A stretch of DNA of 64,000 nucleotides. Origin: Ruditapes philippinarum (lineage: Eukaryota). The notes under the pieces were generated by a model. That model saw only the letters and a list, made by a program, of their open reading frames with translations. It had not been told where the DNA came from and searched no databases. Shown one piece after another: positions 1-14,196 of the stretch (positions are counted from its first letter, which is position 1; each line of letters starts with the position of its first letter). The stretch is from NCBI RefSeq assembly GCF_026571515.1, contig NW_026852705.1, forward strand, positions 62,001-126,000, given 5' to 3'. A program made the translations under genes and the position numbers.

Positions 1-3000
1 AATGTACATGTACATTTGTATTTTATTTTATCATTTTTTAAATTATCAATCAATTGAATAATTCATAAAATCTAATTTGTAACTTTGAATTATTCCTCGG
101 CATCTTTACTAAACACGAATAACAAATTAAAAAAATATTTCAAAGTTGATAGTGTCATATTAATACCATAAAATGTACCCTTTTCTCAATTATTGCACAT
201 ATTTATTGTTTTTATCTCATATAGATAAAATGAAACATGCTAGTCTTGTTGTTGTTGGTTTTTTTTCCGAATTGTATGTTTATGTATAATAATAATCAAT
301 AAATTTGAGAGTTGATCTGTATTTATTAATTATTGTAACCAAACTAAGTGACAAACATTCATTTTGGAAAAAAAGCTTATTTATCTGTAAAATATTTGTT
401 CTGTTCTGTAAGTACTAACGATATCAAACATCTACTCTAAAACCGGGAGAGACCGGACAATAAACGTGTGATACTATTCGCCGGTCACTAGTAAATCCCT
501 GTCAAAATAGACAGTACATCCCTCTATAAATAGATTTTCGGAATGTTTAGGTCGTCATTTCATGCATTGCGAAATTCTCCAGTTCGCTATTCATTGTACA
601 TATCGAGACATTTTTTTTAATCAAGCACCCTCATACCGATCGGAATGATCGGCTTTTATTATGACCGACTAAAAGGCTCGAGAAGTTGCTGTCGCCCATT
701 CACAAAATCTGATTTCATTCCATAAGGGCGCCGCGCTCCGGCGCGGCCGCCAATCACAAACATTGCCATGCGCTCTTTTGTTGACAAATATGTTGTATTG
801 TATTCACTAATCTGATAAGGTCATAAAAAATAAAGAAAACAAATCAATTGATTGATATTCTCTAAATTAGGGAACACATTTTTTTGTTTATTTTCCTTAT
901 ACGCTAATTACTTTTTACATGGACACAGCTAAGTCCGGTACAGCTTTATTCTTAAAAATCAAGCACTTAACGGAGATGGTTAAACCCACCAATATATTTT
1001 TGTTAAAAATGTAAGTAGCGTAAGATGATTTTAAACACCCCAAATTGTATGTGCTTCATATAATAAAAACTGAAGAATGTATTATTATATGTGCAAGATA
1101 AATTCATACAGGTTCACATACTTCTCCAAATGCCCCACCCGGCGAGGCGTGCACATCGCGGAGAAGGGGCACGACAGGTCAAGGTCAAGTCATTCTACGC
1201 ATGAGGGATAAGTGGTTGAATATCTGAGGGTTTGTGTAAAACACAAGTGTCTTTAATCAATTTTAAAAAAAGAGGAATGAAGTGTCGGGGTGGTGAAGTG
1301 TTTGTAAATCAAGATAATATATCCGTATATAAGGTGCCCGATGTGTTGTTAACAGGATACAAAAAGGTAAGTTATCTGTGACATCAAAACATTTTCTTGG
1401 ATTTGCTCATTTACATTATTATGAACAGATTGACAAATTTTATGAATATTCCCGAAGCACTTAAAATTGAAACGCAGCGAAAATAAAAAAGGCGAACGTA
1501 TCATTTAAAAATAAATTGAAAATAAAAAACATATATAAAAATACAAAAAATACCTGTAAATGGCAAGTTGTTTGATATAAAAAGCATTGATGCAGCCAGT
1601 ATCGTCAATTTTATAGCATTTCTCTTGCCGCACTTCATTTTAATCACTTTATAAGCCAAGGCACAGTTTACCAAGCATATATCTGAAATTAATAGTATAA
1701 ATATGTTAATTATGAGTGTGCAAATAGTTTATTAAAAAGTTTATATACCGACAAGTAACATGAGTACCTTAATTAAGGCAAGATTCATTAGAGCGACAAG
1801 GAATCTTATTTATTTTATTATCAAACAACTTATACTAATAATTATTGGTTACATGTAACATAATTAAACTTAATTAACTTAAAGATTTTATTAAAATATG
1901 AAAAGACGTCTTTTGTTTATTGAATTAAATTTGAAAGTTAGAAAAAAAGGTGATCGTGTTACGAAACAACTTCGTCCAGTTTTTCAATAGGATGATGTTC
2001 CAAAACTAAGATAATTAAAGTTACAGTATTACCGCACGATGGTTAATTAGGTCGAATATGATTCACCAATAACTAAATGGTAACTAGCAACACTGTTGAT
2101 GTAGGAATGTTACCAAATCATTCTCAAACGACGAACAGGCCGCTCTCATTTAAATGATGATGATGATGCTGATGATGATAGATGTTGGTGGTAAATGTCA
2201 GTTTTACTAGTATGCTAAATGATAAGTGTTCATAATTGTTGTAAAAATACATTAATCGGGCAATAGAGTTTGTTAATAGAAATATACTTATTACAATGTA
2301 CACATACATTGACTTACAAACTTAGAAATTGTCTATTTTACTGACATAAAGTAGTCGTTTTACTTTAGATATGATGATGTTCATGTGCAGCGATTTTAGA
2401 CATTAAACACAATATAGATCCCATGGTTTGTAATTTATCAGTACATATATACATCTGAACGAGATAAAGAAAAAAGTACGAATGGATTTATGGAGTTAAA
2501 ACAATTAATTATGTTTTTCACTTAAAGGGGTGTGTAAAAACGACAGCTGGTGTGTGTACTTTAAATTCTGTATATTTGCATTAGCTATAATTGTTTTAGC
2601 TATATATTGTTAGCACCAACTTTATTCACGTCACATTATTTGCCCGATCAAAGCATTGTTGACCACACCAATTTTTTTTGCACTACCAATATATTGTATT
2701 CAAATTAAACGGTTAGTAATTATAATTACCATCATACAACTATATGTAAATACTTAGAAGTATTTGGTAATAAGGTTTGTAAAATAATCGGGCCTTTCTT
2801 TAAACAAACAATCATAAACTGTTTTACGTCATTTTGTTTGAAAGCGATCAATTCGTACTTTATATCTGCCCAATAACAGCGGTAGGCGCGCAAAATGTAC
2901 ACTTTCATTTAGAAAGGTTTAGCTTGGTTTTATTAAGTTGTAATGAGATTTCTGCAAAACCATAATGACAACTTCTATACAATATCATTTTCTTTTGGTT

Positions 3001-6000
3001 TTAGTTGTCTAACTTTCTGTCCTCTGTTATAACATTTGCTACAATTCTTGTTTATATGAATTTGTATTTGAAGTTCTTGCTTAATCATTTGTTTGTATCA
3101 TAATTTATTCTTAGATAATAAATACGTACGGCTCTGCCAGACATTATCTTTGTATTACCTCAACTGATTACGACACAAATAAAAAAGGAGGAACATATAC
3201 CATGGTAATAGTAAAGCATAAAAATAAAATTATTACTAGCAGAAGCATTACTCAGAAGAACGTTTTAAGCAAAACAATATTCAAGAGAAAAGAAACAACA
3301 CTTTAAGCGTCTTACCAATACAACTGGTCTTGTCAAATAACAGAGACGAGGATTTCAAATCTCTTCATGATTTTAAGACTAGAACACGTATTTCTGTTAA
3401 AAGAGACTATTGTGAAGTGTTTAAGTAAATTGATAATGATTGTGATAATGATCTTTGATACATAAAAACATTCGTTGTTCGTGAAAGATTTTGACAACAA
3501 ATACGTAAAAAATCAGCGAAATTTCTCACCTTGCTTATCACTAAATGTCCAGTGTCGCTAAAATAAAAAATTCCAGATAAATACCAGGTTCTATAACAAT
3601 AAAGGTTACACACTCTTTCATTTACAAAGCCCGATTATGAAACATAGTAAACATTTACAGGTGAACAACAAGGTTGGTCAGTTTAATGAAAATCGTTAAA
3701 ACGTTAAAGCACAGGTCATTTATAAATAAAACGTCCAATATTTGCGTCCACTAGAAAACATATTTGTCCAGGAAATTGAATTATATCTTATCTGTAATTT
3801 TTTTGATAGAAATCACAATTCTAGGTTGGTACATTTGTTGACAAGGCATTACATTACATCATGATTAATTTATTTGACTCATCCATATAGTAAAGTAATT
3901 CCAAACTATTCAATTGCCATATCAAAAGAGATTTTAGCGATTTTATAGCTGGATTTTAATTGAAAAGGCTTGAAAAGAACCGTATCATTATTCACCAAAA
4001 AGCTGAAAATGTGTACGTCAATTTTAAAACAACACGTACCAGTCAGAAATCAATATTGTCAAAATTATCGAGGATTTCACGAAAACAGTTAAATATATGA
4101 AAGTAAATTAATAACATGTATCTTAAAACGGCAGATTATGCCTTAGTTCTTTAGACCTTGCATAAAAATAATCAGTATAAGTTAATGTTTACATGATCTC
4201 CATACTAAATAAATATACTTATTGGTCTTTGAACATGTCTGTCAGTCTATGTGCAAATTATTCATTTAATACGTGGTTCGTGCAAACTATAAAATTGTTC
4301 TTGTAAAACTTATCTCATTTTAAAGAACTCAAAATAGCAATAATTATGGTAAATAACTTTCTTTCATTGACTCATTTCTATTTCATTGTTGTATTTTTCA
4401 ATAATCGTTGTAAAATCTCTGATTTTGAAAGCAATTTTTTTCATATTTTACGAAAAAAAAATTTCATGACTAAATTAATGTTAAGAGATGGCCTATCCAC
4501 GCTTCCGTCACTACTACAATGAGACAAATACATTGGTTGTAGATGTAAATGTTATCAAAATGACTTTATCGGTCTTTGTTTATTCAAACTGTGTAAAACG
4601 CAGATTGTTTCTTAACGTTTTAAGTTTTAACATTTCTATATTAAGAATTAAAAAAAACCTATGTAAAAAAATTTCGGTTAATCAATTTCAGAAAATAGAG
4701 TATAAAATGATAAGCCTATATTTAGAAGTTTGCAGGAGTTAAAATCGTAATACAAATGTCATACAGGCATGATCGAATGATTAAATTCTTAAATGAAAAT
4801 ATACAACAATTCATTTGTTTAACTAATATTGCATTCCCATACAAAAAATAATATGACAATACTTAATCTTGCATTCAAATATATAACAGATTAAAAGGTT
4901 GAAAGAAATTAAATTATACTTATATAAAACATTTCTACATTATGATACTGAACGTTTGTAACTTCGTCTTTCATGGTAAAATCATGACGTTTATATAATC
5001 TATATACACGATTTATAAAGCAATCTCAATTTTTCTTTCTTAATAAAGGAAGTTTGCATGATTTTAAATTCGTTTAAATGATTATTGACAGGTTATATGA
5101 CCATGTATAAACGGTAATGTGCTATATAATTGTTTATATAGGGCAATAATTACAACATGACAAAAATCTATATAACGAATAATATGTAGGTTGTCAAATG
5201 GGTTAACATGTAAGTTTTGATTAGTGCACTGTAAACCTTCTTTAGGCATGAATACTCTGTAGACATCTGTTGTAAATTGGAAGAAAAATTAACCCAAATG
5301 AAAAAAATAGGATGGGAAAAATAAAAATTAAAACTAAAACCCGATGAAATGTTTTAAACCATAATTGTATTTCAGATTTCGTTAGAGGGGGCAGAGACAA
5401 AACCATTTGTTACACAATGTATTTGTGGGTCTGGGAAAAGCTTTGTGATCGATAATTCCTGATGTTATGCACGGGGAGTCATCTGAAATGTAAAATGATG
5501 CTGTGCTTTACCCCCTTCTCTCAATTTCTGCAAAGTTTGGCTATTATTATTTTTTGATTCTTGGGAATATACATGTATGTATTTTATATTATGTGTACGC
5601 CGCTTCGTTGTATATAGTAGCAATATCTTATGAAAAATGAAACAAAATCATGGTTATCTGATCGATATATATGCTTTCATGGATTAATGTTTTAAAATAC
5701 AAGTATATATATTTCAATGATGGGATGAAACACGCAAATGATTCTAAATAATTTCTTATTCAAGATTGAACATACATGTATATAAACAATACGAGTTGAA
5801 ATACGCTGGAACTGTAAATAGGTTTTCTACACTCAGTGAATGTTGATCGTGCAAAACCTGGTCGATATTGAATTTAAGCTGGAAAATAATACATAATTAA
5901 AAGTAACATTCAAAAGACGCATCCATGTTTGCAAATAATATAAGCATACAAATTACAATTAGATGCATAAAAAATGTGAACAAACGATCTGATTACTCAA

Positions 6001-6739
6001 GAAATATCGAGATAATTTTTCAAAACATCTTACATGATTTATCGTAACTTGATACATTCCGAATAAAATATCGCGTTTAACATGTTCAAAACGATTAGCG
6101 TGTATCTGAAATTGATCATAAATGGCAAGATGAATGTTCCAGGTTTTTACTAGCACTGCTATTATGATATAAATACCATATTCGATATAAATATAATTTG
6201 AAAGAAGCCAGCAGTAACAGAAACATCATTTACTTCCTAAAACCCTTTATAAACACCATGGGGATACCGGAACGCGACCGCAGAACGTTTTTATATGAAC
6301 TCTATTAAAGTTTCTTTTGTTTCTAAATGTTTCAAATGTTGGCTCTATGTTTAAATTAGCAGATCATTTTAAATTGAAATCATATTTTTAAGAAACCAGC
6401 CACTCAGAGCATATAAGAAGTTTGGACAAACAAACATTCCCGAGACAGTTAAGTGAATGTAGTCTTTTTAATAATTAGAGATTATCAGATAATTTAATTA
6501 CTATCATAAAGTTTCATATTTGCATCTCACTTAAGTTCAGATCTTCTTAAGTTTACATTTTAAACAAAGGAAGATCTGGGTTTTAGTCAAATTTGTTCGC
6601 GTGAACTTCATTTTTAAAAAATGTAAAGAAACACGCATTAGTTATTTATTATGTATATTTATTAACATGCTATCTTGAGTAACAGTTAAAAATAACAACA
6701 CAGGTAATAATAACAACAGGATTTCCCACCTATGCTGGT

Positions 6740-6911
6740 NNNNNNNNNNNNNNNNNNNNNNNNNNNNNNNNNNNNNNNNNNNNNNNNNNNNNNNNNNNNN
6801 NNNNNNNNNNNNNNNNNNNNNNNNNNNNNNNNNNNNNNNNNNNNNNNNNNNNNNNNNNNNNNNNNNNNNNNNNNNNNNNNNNNNNNNNNNNNNNNNNNNN
6901 NNNNNNNNNNN
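6740..6911. other. Assembly gap (N run)
   Basis: Run of n characters. Confidence 1.
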
Positions 6912-7064
6912 CAATGTTTTTTTAAAAAAATATAATCAATTACCTATAAAGGAAACATACGATTACAGTTTTCGGAAAACCAGCGACATGAATAAAAATA
7001 TTGATTAAGTATCTTGTAACATTCAGACATAATTAATGTGCATGGAACGTTGTAGGATATTAAA

Positions 7065-8516
7065 ATGGATATAAAACCATCTGAAATATACTATTCACAA
7101 GACAGTATCAACAAATATTTTGATAGGAGGTCATCCCACAGGACACAGACAATAGGTCAAACACTAGATCAAGTTATAACTGGTAACTGTTCGATAACTA
7201 GCATACCTAGAATATCTATTTTGAAACTACCAGGAAAGCACAAGTGGTTTTCTGTTGACAATCGGCGTCTTTGGGTATTTAAACAACTTGAACGGTTGGG
7301 TTATTTAGATGCTATTAAAGTTGACTGCACCGAATTCAACTATTATCGGCATGGAAGAAAAATCACAACAAACAATGGAGGTGTTTCAATTCGAATCCGA
7401 GGTGACGGTCAGCCCGGTGGAGCCGCACACACATTGCCAGACAATTGTTACGATCAAATAAAAAGAAAGATTGGAAAATCACGGACAGAAAATGACGATC
7501 AACAGAAAAAGATATCGAGTAAAAGAGAAGTGCACCAACGACCTTCACCATATAGTACTGGCCAACCAACGGTGAGATCATCGTGCGAAGATAGAGAACC
7601 GTTCAAATCTTCAGCACCACAAGAAAAACAATCGGAATATCTATCGAATGCTAGAAAACATTATACATTACAAAGGAATTTGTCACTCTCACAAAACTAC
7701 AAGTATACTACAAATCCTTCATATTCTTTGTCATCTTATGCTGACAGAAAGGCAGAAACTTCTAATGACAAGAGTCTTAGTGAAAGTGACGGAGAAAGTG
7801 CAGGGTTTTCAGACAGGTTTAGGAAAATGCATGTTTCACACCCTGCAAAAGCATCGAGTAATCGTTCAGATTCATTAAACAATGTTGACCCTGGTTCAAA
7901 TGTTGTCACTCGAAGTAATCGGTACCCTTTTAATTTCAAACACGAAAATGATGCCGGTACTGAATACGGAGCAGCAGCATATAAAGGGTCATACAAAGCC
8001 GGAGTTGGTCTGCTGAGCAAAGCTGATACTATTTGTGAATCCAAGCCAACGACAAGACAATTAGAACCATCAAAACACCAACACCATGAAATACTTAAAC
8101 CTGAACGACCCAATCCTTCTTCTTCATATCAGAAAACATTTTCGAACGGAGTGCAAACTGTTCCGTCAAAAACAGTTAGACACATTGCCTCCCACAATAC
8201 TGCTTCTTGTAAGGTGAAATCAATAGAAGAAGCACAACCTCCTCGAGTCCAACCTTCAGTTGCTGTAACTAAGAGTGCCGATGCAGTTAAGGATGCACAC
8301 AGTGTGCCTATAAAAGGTATCTTCACATCAGCGTATGGTTCCAACAACTCCAGATCTGTCCCTATAGAAATAAGTCATAGAACAAAGAGTCGCCAGTCGT
8401 ACATCACGGAAGAACAAGTAGAACGAAACATGACACTATTGTTATATCGCCAATGGTACAGGGAGTTACTATCAGACACTTGGAGTACATATTCTTGCAA
8501 ATCAAGTGACAAGTAA
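7065..8516 (+). CDS. Intronless 483-aa protein: N-terminal ParB/Srx-fold-like domain plus Ser/Lys-rich low-complexity tail (paralog A)
   Basis: Long open ORF with good ATG context (aaaATGg) and a conserved paralog at 14197. Motifs PSEIYYSQDSI...IPRISI...WFSVDNRRLWVFK resemble ParB-like toxin domains (IRFSQ...IPPI...SLDNRRL). The domain call is from pattern memory. Confidence 0.85.
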   Translation: MDIKPSEIYYSQDSINKYFDRRSSHRTQTIGQTLDQVITGNCSITSIPRISILKLPGKHKWFSVDNRRLWVFKQLERLGYLDAIKVDCTEFNYYRHGRKITTNNGGVSIRIRGDGQPGGAAHTLPDNCYDQIKRKIGKSRTENDDQQKKISSKREVHQRPSPYSTGQPTVRSSCEDREPFKSSAPQEKQSEYLSNARKHYTLQRNLSLSQNYKYTTNPSYSLSSYADRKAETSNDKSLSESDGESAGFSDRFRKMHVSHPAKASSNRSDSLNNVDPGSNVVTRSNRYPFNFKHENDAGTEYGAAAYKGSYKAGVGLLSKADTICESKPTTRQLEPSKHQHHEILKPERPNPSSSYQKTFSNGVQTVPSKTVRHIASHNTASCKVKSIEEAQPPRVQPSVAVTKSADAVKDAHSVPIKGIFTSAYGSNNSRSVPIEISHRTKSRQSYITEEQVERNMTLLLYRQWYRELLSDTWSTYSCKSSDK

Positions 8517-9821
8517 AATGGTTTCCTGCGGGGAACATTTTTAATGATACAAAGATATTTCATTGAATTATTTTCAACATTGTTAGTGTGTGTGTGGGGG
8601 GGGGGGGTAAATAAACGTTTTTATCAAGAATATAGTTGACAATAATCGATCAATATAGAAGACTGGTGACCGTTGAAGACCGGAGAGACGAACATAAAAC
8701 AATTATTTCTTTTTAGAAAATGATTAAATAGGCCTACCATTTTAAGAATAATTCCGAGCAAACAAAGAATAAAGTAATCACCAAAGTTTACGCAGAAAAT
8801 ATCTCTATTAATTATGGCAGATGCCACTACGAATATTTTAATTTTGTAAATTTTCAGTATAAACAATTTATTGTTTGTAAAATTCGAGAAACATTGATAA
8901 TTTTCAAAGACATCATTCAAGTTTTTCCACCTTAAACGGTAAAATAATTATAGAAAATTAGAAATATCACGAAATAGTTTTTTGTTCTTAATTAGGTGTA
9001 ATTCGGACTAAATCTCTAGAAATTCTAACTTTAGAATCGTTTAGATAAAGATCAATTGTTTTGCCCTAATAAAAGGGAGAAGGTCTAGATCTGACGTCGA
9101 TTAAGCTCTTGTAATCATGATTTTATATAACCATTTATCTTTTTTTTATCTGATATAGATTAACAGTAAATAAAATTAATATATTTATAAAGGTAATATT
9201 AAATGTGTGCAGATTTTTGTGTGGTACATACACACATAAAATGTTCATGCAGATACATGTATAATGAAAATGTTTATCAAAATAATGAAAAATTTCAACA
9301 AAGGTCGTATACATTTTTAGGCTTCAAGATAGCCGGGTTGAAATTTGAAAAAATGGCCCATGGAGTCAATTTTCCAAGGTGTCAAATTTAATGTTACACT
9401 GGCAGTCAGTTTTATTAAACAAAATACAATGTATGTTTGTTTAAAAGTTGACAAAATTGAGAGAGAAAAACTTTATTATGCACTATAATGTATGTGTTTA
9501 ATTTCTATCAATATGTAAAACCAGAATACTAGTTAACATAAAGTTTTGAATCAATAATTGGTTATGTACAAGGTTTTATTTTGGTTCCATCGTGTACAAT
9601 TATCAAGCATTGAAAAAAATGTGATATTTGCTATCTTCCTGCAAACAAATTCGATGATTTATATCAATGTATAAAAGATAAATCAACATATTGAATAGAC
9701 CACAGACTTATTTACCTTTAGATAATACTTTAAAACTTCTTCAACTATGTCTTAGTTTGAAAAAAGTGGTAGTTACAACTCTAAAAAAAAGTACAAAAAA
9801 GCTTCTTAAGCGTTTTATTTT

Positions 9822-9961
9822 TTAAGAAACCACTACAATTTTCAGTCTATGAAGTCTAGCTTCCACTGCTAAGAGTGGAGCTAATGAGAATCCTGTGTGC
9901 ATCCTCTGGTGAGAAGGGATTGTCTGGATGATTGTAGTTCACAATCAGATTATCGTTACAT
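9822..9961 (-). pseudogene. Orphan, frameshifted duplicate of the last exon of the galectin-like gene
   Basis: Aligns to exon 22293-22433; 5-bp deletion near the exon start (cgttacat vs cgtttaggtacat); no upstream exons in unit A. Confidence 0.8.
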
Positions 9962-10480
9962 CTGTAGATGATTAGAAATAAACTAAATAATTTGTAAAAG
10001 CTATGTAAGCGATATCATTTAGATGTATAAAGATTATGTTTTGTAATATATGTATAAATTTCTACAGGCTTTTTTATCATTGTATATGCATATAGGCATT
10101 AATTGTTATTAAAATTCAATTGTAAAAGTAATTTAGTAAATTACTATTGTCATACTAATATAACATATAATACATATTCATGCCAGTCTTCAGAAGTGTT
10201 CCTTGAAAATTTAGTACAAGTATTGTCCGATATAGTCTGGCGTGTGTACTTTAAATCCTGTATATTTGCATAAGCTATAATTGTTGTAGCTATACATTGT
10301 TAGCACCAACTTTATTCACGTCACATTATTTGCCCGATCAAAGCATTGTTGGCCACACCAATTTTTTTTGCACTACCAATATATTGTATTCAAATTAAAC
10401 GGTTAGTAATTATAATTACCATTATAGAAGAAGAAGAAGAATTTTTATTTCAAAATCCACATGTAAACAACAACAGTATG

Positions 10481-10590
10481 GTTTACAGCTTTACTGGTGG
10501 AGGAAGACCTCAGGTGCCCTTCCGTGCATTATTTCAGGCACGAACGGGCACCTGAGTAGAACCACCGACGTTCCGTAAGCTAGCTGGATA
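10481..10590 (-). mobile_element. SINE fragment (same family as 39513-39775)
   Basis: Shares cagctttactggtggaggaagac..aggtgccc and agctagctggatag with 39560-39670, 18640-18870 and 26641-26710. Confidence 0.7.
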
Positions 10591-13500
10591 GTTCAATACT
10601 AGTAATCATTGTAAAATCTCTGATTTTGAAAGCAAATATTTTCATATTTTTATGAAGGCTTTTTTCATGACTAAATATTGTTATGAGATGGCCTATCCAC
10701 GCTTCCGTAACTACTACAATCAGAGACACATACATTGGTGTACGATTTCCCACTGTAGATATAAATGAAATCAAAATGACTTTATCGGTCTTTGTTTATA
10801 CAAAAAACTGTTGTGTAAAACGCAGTTTTAACATTTCTATATTAAGAATTCACAAAAAAAACCTATGTAAAAACATTTCGGTTTATCAATTTCAAATTTA
10901 GAAGTTGGCAGAAGTTAACATCGTAATACAAATGTCATGTAGGCATGATAATGATTAAATTTGGAAATAAAGATATACCGCAATTTATTTGCTTAACTAA
11001 TATTTCAGTCCCATACAAAACAATTAATGTGACAATAATTTAAATACTTAATCTTGCAACAGCATAATAGATTTCAAATTGATATAACAGGTTGAAGGAC
11101 GCTAATTACACTTATATAATACATTATGATACTGTACATTTGTAACTGTATATTCATGACGTTTGTATCATCTAAATATAAATTCGTTATAAAGATTCTT
11201 GACAGGTTATATGGTCGCATATAAACGGTAATTTGTTATATGATTGTCTATATAGGGCCATATAACATGACAAAAGTATGTAATATTAATAATATATAGG
11301 TTGTCAAATGGGTTAACATGTGAATTTTTATTAGTGCACTGTAAACATTCTTTAGGCATGCTATATTTTTTCAATGAATGTAGACATATGTTTTAAATTT
11401 AAAACGCAATTAAGCCAAAGATAAATGTAAAAGATGATACTTTAACACAAGGGAATGTTAATTTTTAATTGTATTTCAGATTTCGTTAGAGGGGGCGGAG
11501 ACAAAAACATTTGTAAAACATTGTACTTCTGGGTCTGGGCAAAGCTTTGCGGCCGAAAGATTAAAGTCTTCGACAAATTTGATGTACCACTTTTTGTATA
11601 GGAGCTATCCGGCTAACATAAGGGGTAGTTACGAGCCCAGTTATTCCCGAGCTTATGCACAGAGAGTCATCTGAAGTCATCTTTCACTAGTAAAACTGGA
11701 TAGTTGTCAAATGATGGTGTGCTTTACCCACTTCTCTCAATTTCTGCTCAGTTTGGCTATTTTCTTTATTCTTGGAATGTAAGAATATAGATTATACATG
11801 TACGAAATTTATAATTATAATGTGCGCCACTTCATTGTAGTAGCAATTGTAGTACAAAATCATCGTTATCTGATTGATATAAATGTGTATGTTTTTAAAT
11901 AAGATTTTAATGAATAAATGTTTTATAATTCAATTATGTAGATTTTAGTGATGGGATGAGAAACGCAAAGATTCAAAACCATTTCTTTTCACGATTGAAC
12001 ATATATAAACAATTCTAGTTGAAAAAACAATTAAGTATTCTACACTCAGTGAATGTTGATCGTGCAAAACCTGGTCGATATTGAATTAAGCTGGAAAATA
12101 ATACATAATCAAAAGCAACGTGAACAGGCGCACCCTTGCTTGCAAATTATACATGCATACAAATCACAATTAAATGCATAAAAATCTGAACAAACGATCT
12201 GATTACTCAAGAAATATCAAGATTACAAAGTGTTTTCAAGTTATCGCAACTTGATGCATTCCTGATAAAATATCGCTATTATCATGTTCAAAAGGATTAA
12301 CGTGTATCTGAAATTAAGATGTACTCGTATGTTATTGTTTTTTATAAACACTACTATGGTGATAACTAGCTATAAATACGCGTTTCATTTTTTCCGAATC
12401 TATATGGACTATAATTATAAAAATCTCTTTTGTTTCTCAATGTTTCAAATTTTGTCGCTATTTAAATAAAGTTTCCCTTTCAAAGGAAAGGCTTGCTCAG
12501 TTGTGCCATCATCCCTTCCCTTTAAAATTGTTTTTTTTTATGTTTCAATTTATTATCACATTTTTTTTTGAATTACGGTATTTGTATATCATAAAGGGTT
12601 TATTTAGCTGTTTGTTTTTTTTTCTCGCAAAAAAAAGTTTAACTTTTAAAGGGATAGGTAGGGTAAGCCCAAGACTGAACGAGCACCTGTGCCTATTTGT
12701 TTGAGCACCAGTGTTATGCGTGCAAATTTGGACCAAATAGGGACCAGAAGTCCACTGATTATAACTGAACGGAATCATGCTGACGATAACAGTAGCAACT
12801 TTTTTTTGTAAAAACGAATATTATTTGTCAAAAACGATTCGAAATCTATACCCTATTGTATAAAACTAATAGAGAAAATAATCAATCGTAAAAATATTAA
12901 CATTGGCTCTCACGTGGAGATCTATCTATCACACTGAAGGGAAACAAGTGTGCACATTTCATTTCCACTTTTTTCGCAGAGAGATCATTCGTTTTGGCAG
13001 TTGCTAATTTCAATTATATAGCAGCTTTAGAGACAAGTAAATGCACTAAAAGACTTCGTTACGTGGTACCAATTAATAAGCATGTATCAACTATGTTACA
13101 CCTAAAATATCTATGATCACAGATATCCCGACAACACAGGAGATCAGCACGTGGTAAGGTTAAATGATATGCATGTGCTATTTTTAGATTACCTCACCAA
13201 GACGTTTAAATAAACTCTGTCAGTAACTTGATCATGCACTAATATTCTGCGCGATTCGGTCACGATCTTTTGGTAAGCAGGACCGCCCTTTGGAGCTACG
13301 GTAACCATTCTCTATTGTATAAAACTAATAAAGACAAAAACCAATTATAAAAGAAACTAACTTTTGCATCTTGAAAAAGAATTGAAACGGAATCAAGTAA
13401 AAATAGAAATCCTATTTATATAAACAAACTGGGATTACCGAAGTAACTAAAATAGCTTAGATTTCCGTAATATTACTTCGTCTGATTCCGCAGTATGACG

Positions 13501-14196
13501 AATCGCCCGAATTGTCACGATTGCAATCGGAACTAGGTCGGCTATTATCATTTATCCGAAGAGTGACGGAAAGGGTCGAAAAGTTGCGATTGGCACGATT
13601 GCAGCTGGTTTCCCGTTCAATCATGCACTAACAAATGTAAGCAGAAAACCACCTAACCGGAACAACTTTTCCAAAAAAAATCAGATCATATCGAGATTAT
13701 ATTTCTAAAAGAACACTCACTAAAGTCATATGAAAAGGTCTGACAATCAATATGTCAACCTGATACAGTTCATAAACATCTCAAATCAACAAGTGAGTGT
13801 AGTTCTTTTAATAATTAGAAATTTGCGCTCTCAATCATTCAGTGTATCAGATAATTAATTATCATTAATTTTCAAAACATCTTTGCCTGAACTTTATTTT
13901 TGAAAAATGTAAAGATACGCTTTAGACATTTTTTCTGATGTAAATTTAGAAACAAAAGTTAAAAATAACAAAAGGATTTTCCACTTTATTAGGTTTATGT
14001 GTTTTATCAGATGTTATCTACATCTCTGGTTTTATATAATTGTGACACATGTTTTTGAAAAAAAATACAAGTCCACTATAAAGGAAACATACGTAACAGT
14101 TTTCGGAAAAACCAGGGGAATGAATAAAGGCATCGATTAAGTATTTTGTAACATTCAGACATAATTTATGTACATGGAACGTTGTAGGATATTAAA

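Larger units (their letters stand above)
2545..10230 (+). repeat. Segmental tandem duplication, unit A
   Basis: Colinear matches to unit B: 2545-2731 ~ 10235-10422; 4400-6330 ~ 10600-12450; 6360-8516 ~ 13680-15486; 8960-10230 ~ 21490-22740. Confidence 0.9.

Noticed and set aside
1170-1372. aggtcaaggtca direct repeat (nuclear-receptor-like) and a strong donor aag|gtaagt, a possible promoter or first exon
   Set aside because: Short motifs expected by chance; cannot be tied to a gene without transcripts.
6642-6935. ORFs made of X residues
   Set aside because: Artefacts of the N gap.
7363-8563. Antisense and alternate-frame ORFs over the ParB-like genes (also 14688-15228)
   Set aside because: Shadows of the long sense ORFs; their similarity to each other follows from the duplication.
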